Assembly: GCA_003485715.1 (NCBI GenBank)
Contig: DNIF01000151.1
Span: forward strand, 4,260 to 36,106
Reading direction: 5' to 3'
Source of the DNA: Gammaproteobacteria bacterium
GTDB taxonomy: Bacteria > Pseudomonadota > Gammaproteobacteria > UBA7966
DNA: 31,847 nt
Below, piece after piece: positions 27,291-31,847 of the stretch. The position numbers and the translations under genes are program-made. The notes under the pieces were generated by a model, which had not been told where the DNA came from, ran no database searches, and saw nothing but the letters and a program-made list of their open reading frames with translations. Positions within the stretch are counted from its first letter, which is position 1. Each line of letters begins with the position of its first letter.

Positions 27291-27303
27291 ACTATAGCCG
27301 TCA
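27291..27303 (-). promoter_or_regulatory. Candidate -10 element (TGACGGC-TATAGT) for the cro-like/terS operon
   Basis: TATAGT ~30 nt upstream of the GTG; same upstream context as the tail-fibre -10. Confidence 0.45.
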
Positions 27304-27515
27304 TCAATCGCCGTCGCTTGTATCCTCGAGCGTCCACCCGTCGATCGTGCCGCCGGTGATCAGTTCGATGCGCATTTCCAGGCGGTTTTTACGTCGCGTC
27401 ACCGGGCGCAGTGTGCGTTCGATTTCCGCCCACGGGTCGAGCAGCAGCTTGTAGGTCGGCGCGAACAGCCCGACGGGGCGGCCATCGATGGCGCCGCCCG
27501 GGCATAGGAAATCTT
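27300..27515 (-). pseudogene. Relic fragment of a second, different terminase large subunit (ATPase domain)
   Basis: Frame reads GAIDGRPVGLFAPTYKLLLDPWAEIERTLRPVTRRKNRLEMRIELITGGTIDGWTLED*, matching the post-Walker-A G.PVG.FAPTYK...E.RIEL.TGG.I..WTL segment of another TerL family. No start codon or Walker A; frameshifted YKR.AID remnant follows. Confidence 0.75.
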
Positions 27516-27535
27516 CCCGAGATGCCGGATTTATA

Positions 27536-27574
27536 TGTACAGACAAGCATCCGCCGTCTATATTTGTCCATACA
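27536..27574 (+). promoter_or_regulatory. AT-rich divergent control region: candidate sigma70 promoter (TGTACA-17-TATATT) overlapped by an imperfect inverted repeat
   Basis: TGTACAGACAA (27536-27546) and TTGTCCATACA (27564-27574) are 9/11 inverted repeats with a 17-bp spacer; RBS AGGAG at 27601 before ATG 27613. Confidence 0.55.
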
Positions 27575-27612
27575 AACCGGCGCCGTGCCGGAGACGCAAG
27601 AGGAGAACGAAC

Positions 27613-27984
27613 ATGAACGGATACATGTACATGCGCGACATCATCGACGTCCTGACTGCGGTCGCCGGGACGTGGGTTCCGGCCACCACCGCCACCGTGG
27701 ACGCTAACGGGAGCCTCGCCAACCGAGACGAAGGCTTTGCGGCGGTCGACCACCTCGTGGAAGAGCTTGCAGACCCTGACCCGGAGGTGAAGTACCACCT
27801 CCGCCACATAGACGAGGCCGAGGCGCTGGCCGCCGTGGCCCGCGCCGTGGCCGCCGACCCTTTCGCCGGCTGGGCCGACGTGCCAGCAGGGACCCAGTGG
27901 GTCCGGCTGTCGCTCTACCGCGAGGCCTCCGGCAGCCGCGCGGGGAGCCTCGACCAGTACTACTGGCCGGAGGGCGGCTGGTAA
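27613..27984 (+). CDS. Hypothetical protein (123 aa), first gene of divergent unit
   Basis: AGGAG RBS 7 nt before ATG; protein-like composition; high-GC3 codon usage. Confidence 0.78.
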   Translation: MNGYMYMRDIIDVLTAVAGTWVPATTATVDANGSLANRDEGFAAVDHLVEELADPDPEVKYHLRHIDEAEALAAVARAVAADPFAGWADVPAGTQWVRLSLYREASGSRAGSLDQYYWPEGGW

Positions 27985-28052
27985 GCCGCCCCTCCCACCC
28001 CCATCACCCACGGCCCCGGCAATCCCGCCGGGGACCACTGAGGAGCGCCACC

Positions 28053-28484
28053 ATGACCACACCGAGAAGCGCAGTACTGGCCGGCGCCCACGCCGCCATC
28101 GCCGGGACGCCCGACGCGGCGGAGCTTGCACGCCGCCAGCGCGTAGCCGCCGCTACGGTCCGCTGGACCGCCATCCTCGAAGCGGCGCAAGCCGCCAAGG
28201 AACCCACCTCGCGGGAGACGTGGCTGCTGGCCGCTGCCGGGCATTGGCTCGCAGCGTCAGCCGCCCACGCCGCCGGGGACCGCCGTCGCGCCCGGGCGGT
28301 GGCCGAGCTGGCGCGCGACGCCGAGCACGGTGCCTCGCCCGAGGGGGCGCTGCTTGGCTCCATTTTCGGCACCGGGCCGCGGCCGGACCCCGAGGCGGTG
28401 GCCGCTGGCCGCGCCGCCGACCCGGCCGATGTGGCCCGGCATCGCGGCGCCATGCGGGTCGCCTACCCGGCGGGCCGCCGGTGA
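28053..28484 (+). CDS. Hypothetical helical Ala-rich protein (143 aa)
   Basis: GAGGAG RBS before ATG 28053; GTGA-coupled to the next gene. Confidence 0.72.
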   Translation: MTTPRSAVLAGAHAAIAGTPDAAELARRQRVAAATVRWTAILEAAQAAKEPTSRETWLLAAAGHWLAASAAHAAGDRRRARAVAELARDAEHGASPEGALLGSIFGTGPRPDPEAVAAGRAADPADVARHRGAMRVAYPAGRR

Positions 28485-28891
28485 GCGCCTCGGATGCCGT
28501 ACGGCGGGCCGAGGATGCTCTGCGCATCCCACGCGCCGAGCTGCGGCGCGCGCTCATCGCGCTGGCCGGCGCGGGCGTGCCGCTGGCAGCGGCGGCCGAG
28601 CTCGCCGACGAGGCGCTGCTGGTGCTGCCGAGCCTTGGCCGCAAGCGGATGGCCTACCTGCGCGAGTACGTGCAGGCGGTCCAATCTGCCGGGGCGGCGG
28701 TGCGCCGCGCCCGGGCCGAGTGGCCGGGCTTGGACTGGCGGCCGGCGGTGGTGCCGCGCGGAGTGCCGGCGGCGGTCGCGATCACCCCCGAGGGGTGGGA
28801 TGCCGCTGGCGACCAAGGTGACGGGGTGTGCCGCTGGCGGTTGCTCGAGGCGCCGCGCTGCCTGCTGGACGTCATCGGCCTGTCCGGGTAG
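28481..28891 (+). CDS. Hypothetical protein with RNA polymerase alpha-CTD-like helix-hairpin-helix segment
   Basis: RALIALAGAGV...ADEALLVLPSLGRKRMAYLREYV aligns by eye with alpha-CTD RSANCLKAEAI...[23 protein letters not shown]. Confidence 0.65.
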   Translation: MSASDAVRRAEDALRIPRAELRRALIALAGAGVPLAAAAELADEALLVLPSLGRKRMAYLREYVQAVQSAGAAVRRARAEWPGLDWRPAVVPRGVPAAVAITPEGWDAAGDQGDGVCRWRLLEAPRCLLDVIGLSG

Positions 28892-28918
28892 GCTGGCCAC
28901 GTCTCCGTTTCCTCCGTT

Positions 28919-28946
28919 GCGCCGGCTCGCCCCCGGCGCTTTTTTT
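28919..28946 (+). terminator. Rho-independent terminator closing the plus-strand unit
   Basis: GCGCCGG-CTCGCCC-CCGGCGC perfect 7-bp stem followed by T7, 27 nt after the last stop. Confidence 0.88.
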
Positions 28947-28996
28947 GCCTGCGCGGCCGCCCGGCAGAGGCCGGCGGCGCTGGGCGCAGTACAGCT

Positions 28997-30385
28997 TCAT
29001 TGCGCCACCCCCAGCCCATCCATCACGGCTTCGATGAAGGCTTGCGCGACTGGCGCGACAAGGGCATTGCCGTAGGCGCGGAGTCTTCCTACTCTCGACC
29101 CGCCCACCTCTTCAGTGCGCTGATGCGCCCCCACTCCTGCGCACACTGGGCAGAACATATTGAATTCCTCCTCCGGGGCGCTTCGAACACCTTTTCGCAC
29201 ACTTTGCAGGTCGGCGTTGGCTGGACGAAAGGGCGGTGATGAGCGACGTGGCACTTTCGGCAGAGAATCTCGACGTTTTCCAGCGAATTGTTCATCGGGT
29301 TCTCGTCTTTGTGGTGACGCTCCAGTTTTGTGCTCGCCCCGCAACGATTGCACGAGGTCGCGGCAAATCGGTATTGCGCTTGATAGCGCCCTCTCTCGGG
29401 CGTGGTCGGAGTCACAGTTATCGACAGACCGTAGCATTTCATTGAGCAAAACCGCCTGCGCGCGTAGTCCTTCATACCCACTAGGGAAATTCCGCACTGT
29501 TCGCAATTTTTCATAACTCACCGTCTCCGTGTTGCAGACGGCGCAAGTATACACCAATCTGCTGGCAGCCCCATGAGCCAGCGGGAATGTGCCGGGTTCA
29601 ACTGGCCGCGCCCTTCCGTCTCTACATGGGATCCAGTCAGCGGAAGCCCAATGGCCAGGGTCGCCACACGGGGCAGCTGGTCCAGGCGGCTGCGCATGCT
29701 CCCATCCGGATTCGCCCCCGTTGTCGCCATGCCGGGGGAGTCCTTCCAGTCCCGCGCAGCCGGCGTCGGCCAGCCCGCCGCCCGCGCAGCGTCCGTCAGC
29801 GTCATGCCGCTGTGGCGTCCGCTGAGCGTCGAGTAGTTCGCGGCCCCACTCGAGGCTCCGTCCTGTCGTGTCGGCGTCGGCCAGCCGCTCAGCGACGAAC
29901 CAGACTCGGCTACGGCCGTGCGGAGCGCCGACCATGAGAGCCGGTATATCGACCGCCCCGCAGGCGTATCCAGCCGTTTCCAGGTCGTCGAATACAAGGT
30001 CCAGCCAGCCGTGCCTTGTGGCTGCGGAAACCTGCTCGCCAAATACGACTGCAGGGCGACACTCAGCAATGAGGCGCGACCAGGCTGGCCAGAGGTGGCG
30101 CGGGTCGGACTTGCCCATTCCCCGCCCGGCGCCGGAGAAAGGCTGGCAAGGGCAAGAGCCGGTCCAAATGCGTCGGCTGTCTGCCCAACCAGCAAGGCGC
30201 AGGGCGAGGGACCATCCGCCGATGCCGGCGAAGAAATGGCACTGCGTGAATCCATCGAGGTCATGCGCCGTCACCTCCTCAATGCTGCGAGTATCGACAT
30301 ACCCATCGGCAATGTGCCCTGCCGCAATCAGGTTCCGCAGCCATTGTGCTGCGTAAGGCTCGTTCTCGTTGTAGTAGGCGGTCAT
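28997..30385 (-). CDS. C5 cytosine DNA methyltransferase, alpha polypeptide (motifs I-VIII and X), carrying a 155-codon in-frame insertion
   Basis: Motif I FFAGIGG, motif IV GSCPCQPFS, motif VI GEQV, motif VIII GAPHGRSRVWFVA, motif X RLRAYGNALV. Confidence 0.92.
   Translation of the reverse strand: MTAYYNENEPYAAQWLRNLIAAGHIADGYVDTRSIEEVTAHDLDGFTQCHFFAGIGGWSLALRLAGWADSRRIWTGSCPCQPFSGAGRGMGKSDPRHLWPAWSRLIAECRPAVVFGEQVSAATRHGWLDLVFDDLETAGYACGAVDIPALMVGAPHGRSRVWFVAERLADADTTGRSLEWGRELLDAQRTPQRHDADGRCAGGGLADAGCAGLEGLPRHGDNGGESGWEHAQPPGPAAPCGDPGHWASADWIPCRDGRARPVEPGTFPLAHGAASRLVYTCAVCNTETVSYEKLRTVRNFPSGYEGLRAQAVLLNEMLRSVDNCDSDHARERALSSAIPICRDLVQSLRGEHKTGASPQRREPDEQFAGKRRDSLPKVPRRSSPPFRPANADLQSVRKGVRSAPEEEFNMFCPVCAGVGAHQRTEEVGGSRVGRLRAYGNALVAPVAQAFIEAVMDGLGVAQ
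29063..29560 (-). mobile_element. 465-bp HNH insertion flanked by a degenerate ~33-bp direct duplication
   Basis: 29528-29560 and 29063-29095 align in register (16/33 identical), exactly 465 bp apart; sampled internal lines are 45-53% GC versus ~70% in the phage. Confidence 0.7.
29089..29514 (-). CDS. HNH endonuclease with flanking Zn-ribbon/treble-clef motifs, nested out of frame in the MTase alpha gene
   Basis: CNRCG...LERHHKDENPMNNSLENVEILCRKCHVAHH is a canonical HNH; CxxC...FCSxxC at both ends; GGAG RBS-like sequence before ATG. Confidence 0.92.
   Translation of the reverse strand: MKNCEQCGISLVGMKDYARRRFCSMKCYGLSITVTPTTPERGRYQAQYRFAATSCNRCGASTKLERHHKDENPMNNSLENVEILCRKCHVAHHRPFVQPTPTCKVCEKVFEAPRRRNSICSAQCAQEWGRISALKRWAGRE
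29518..30264 (-). CDS. Methyltransferase beta polypeptide encoded in the +1 overlapping frame (TRD-like WPTP repeats and motif IX); true start uncertain
   Basis: Two GWPTP repeats, RDWKD, LDQLPR and GQLNPAHSRWLMGLPADW (motif IX-like) occur in this frame, while the alpha frame over the same DNA is low-information. Confidence 0.8.
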   Translation of the reverse strand: MTSMDSRSAISSPASADGPSPCALLVGQTADAFGPALALASLSPAPGGEWASPTRATSGQPGRASLLSVALQSYLASRFPQPQGTAGWTLYSTTWKRLDTPAGRSIYRLSWSALRTAVAESGSSLSGWPTPTRQDGASSGAANYSTLSGRHSGMTLTDAARAAGWPTPAARDWKDSPGMATTGANPDGSMRSRLDQLPRVATLAIGLPLTGSHVETEGRGQLNPAHSRWLMGLPADWCILAPSATRRR

Positions 30386-30558
30386 TTATCGTTTCCGCAA
30401 TTCGCGCAGCGCCTGCTCCAGATAATGCGATAGGCCAGCGTAATGCGCGCTTTGAGTTCCTCGATTCTGTCAGCTGCGTCGTTGGCCAGTGACATGTCGT
30501 CGTGCTGATGGCGCGCGAGCTGGCGCAGCTGCGCGATGAGGGTGTCGTCGTTGGTCAT
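30382..30558 (-). CDS. Small hypothetical phage protein (58 aa)
   Basis: AGGAG RBS before ATG 30558; LRQLA..QHDDMS.ANDAADRIEEL coiled motif; ATGA-coupled to the MTase start. Confidence 0.7.
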   Translation of the reverse strand: MTNDDTLIAQLRQLARHQHDDMSLANDAADRIEELKARITLAYRIIWSRRCANCGNDK

Positions 30559-30681
30559 GGATGACTCCTGGTGGATGGTCTTCATCCAGAGCCCGCCAGA
30601 GCCGCTGCACCACCGACCCGGTAGGTCCGCCAGGGCCAACCGCTCCGAGCGCCGCAGCGGCCACGAGACGAAGCCGAGGCG

Positions 30682-31353
30682 CTATCCCTGCCCATCATCC
30701 TCCCCCTTGCCTCCCTGAAGAACCCGCATCACCGACCGCAGCGCCTCCCGGCGGTCCCGGATCAGCGGCGTGCCCGGAGGCGGCTCCGGCAGATGCCGCT
30801 CGACCGGGACGCCAGGCACACCCTCCGGCTTGCCATCCGCGCCGATGAGCACGTGCGGCTCCTGCAACTGGCCGTGCGCAATCCTCGATGCGTTCTCGGC
30901 CCCGATTGGCAGCGGCGCCGGCAATGCGTCCGCGTTAAGGTAGAGCGTCGCAAAGTCCCGCGCGGCGAATGGCAGGGCCGTTTCCTGCAGCACGCACAGC
31001 CGCGACCAGCCGCCCATCGAATTGATGGCCGCGTGAATGCGGCGATCGCCACAGTCAGGCGTGGCCATGTAACCGACGTGCCGAATCGCTTTCACCACAC
31101 GCGACCAGGCAATGGCGGCGGCGTCGGCGTCCGACGGGCGAATCTTGCCGACGACGTGCGCCGGCGTGGGTGGGAATCGGCCTGCGTCCGGATCGTCCAT
31201 ATGCGCCTGCAGTGCTGCTTCAACGGCGTCGAGTGGGTATTTCTGCAACACGCCGAACACCGCCCGCAGCACTGGCGCGGTGACCTCCTTCCCGTAAATC
31301 GTCTGGACTCCGGCCCACGTCTCGCAAAACCTGGCGAAATCATTGTCGTTCAT
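30682..31353 (-). CDS. DUF6475-like replication accessory protein (helicase loader/inhibitor position)
   Basis: FPPTPAHVVGKI...AWSRVVKAIRHVG...DRRIHAAINSMGGWSRLC...FAARDFATLY; follows the O-like gene. Confidence 0.75.
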   Translation of the reverse strand: MNDNDFARFCETWAGVQTIYGKEVTAPVLRAVFGVLQKYPLDAVEAALQAHMDDPDAGRFPPTPAHVVGKIRPSDADAAAIAWSRVVKAIRHVGYMATPDCGDRRIHAAINSMGGWSRLCVLQETALPFAARDFATLYLNADALPAPLPIGAENASRIAHGQLQEPHVLIGADGKPEGVPGVPVERHLPEPPPGTPLIRDRREALRSVMRVLQGGKGEDDGQG

Positions 31354-31847
31354 GTCGAGATCCCCTTGATGGTCAGTTTCTCGGCGCGATGCGCCCTGAT
31401 GGCCTCGTCAATGGCCGTGCCGTTTTTGTCCAACAGCGCAGCTCCGCTGGCGCGCCCAGACTTCCCGTTGATCGCGTTCGCCGCCCATTCGGCGCGGAAC
31501 GTTTGCCACCCCGCCGCCATGGCGAACTGCAAGCACTCATCAACGGACATGTTGGCTATCTGGGCCTCGCGTCTGATGCCGGCCATTGCCGACTCGGTGA
31601 CTGGAGCGCGTTTCGCTTTCCGGTGCGTGGCCCAGTCCTGCCAGGTCGCGTCGGTCACGTCGGCTGGCTTGGTGGCTTGGCGGCCGGGCTTGGTGGCAGC
31701 CGCTCGAGGCGGCCCGCCAGGCGGAGGGTCGCCGTCGCTTTTGGGCGACGGCGGCAAACTCTTTTGACCTTTTTTTTTGCTTGAAGCCTCTGCTTCGCAA
31801 GTCAACCCCGAAGACGGTTGGCTGCTCTCGGTTTCGGTCTCGGTTTC
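31350..31847 (-). CDS. Replication initiator (lambda O-like), C-terminal part; 5' end outside window
   Basis: ETETETE linker at the window edge; C-term domain WQDWATHRKAKRAPVT...AAGWQTFRAEW. Confidence 0.82.
   Translation of the reverse strand, partial: ETETETESSQPSSGLTCEAEASSKKKGQKSLPPSPKSDGDPPPGGPPRAAATKPGRQATKPADVTDATWQDWATHRKAKRAPVTESAMAGIRREAQIANMSVDECLQFAMAAGWQTFRAEWAANAINGKSGRASGAALLDKNGTAIDEAIRAHRAEKLTIKGIST

Larger units (their letters stand above)
1..31847. mobile_element. Podovirus-type (BPP-1/epsilon15-like) phage or prophage segment: replication, packaging, head, tail and ejection modules
   Basis: Contiguous, translationally coupled minus-strand TerS-TerL-portal-scaffold-MCP-cement-adaptor-nozzle-internal proteins-tail fibre order. 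No host housekeeping genes in the window. Confidence 0.97.

Noticed and set aside
29096-29560. MTase insertion as an intein or group I intron
   Set aside because: No Cys/Ser start or His-Asn end in the alpha frame, and no recognisable intron core. The endonuclease is in another frame and fills nearly the whole insert.
30560-30690. Possible tiny ORF between the DUF6475-like gene and the 58-aa gene
   Set aside because: Several short frames are possible and none has convincing protein features.
31770-31778. T9 run (A9 on the coding strand) as a programmed frameshift
   Set aside because: It encodes in-frame KKK in a linker and the conserved C-terminal domain follows in the same frame.
1-31847. 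tRNA, rRNA, CRISPR array, integrase/att site, lysis cassette
   Set aside because: No cloverleaf, regularly spaced repeats or corresponding protein motifs seen.

Overview
The whole window is one high-GC (~70%) tailed-phage or prophage segment of the podovirus type, with Bordetella BPP-1 / epsilon15-like gene order; almost all genes are on the minus strand. In transcription order (right to left): lambda-O-like replication initiator (partial), DUF6475-like partner, a small ORF, then a C5 cytosine methyltransferase encoded in two overlapping frames (M.EcoHK31I-like) with an HNH endonuclease nested inside it. Next come a divergent 3-gene plus-strand unit with its own promoter and terminator (one product resembles the RNAP alpha-CTD), a decayed fragment of a second, different terminase large subunit, a Cro-like HTH gene, TerS, a TubC_N-like mini-ORF, TerL, a GNAT and the portal. 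A 3.3-kb lower-GC three-gene insert follows, then a Bbp19-like gene, scaffold, major capsid, cement protein, tail adaptor, nozzle and three internal/ejection proteins (one with a lytic transglycosylase; one of 2995 aa carrying inserted enzyme-like cassettes), and finally the tail fibre and a truncated downstream ORF. No integrase, CI repressor, lysis genes, tRNA, CRISPR or DGR are visible in the window. All family assignments come from motif recognition by eye; no database search was run.
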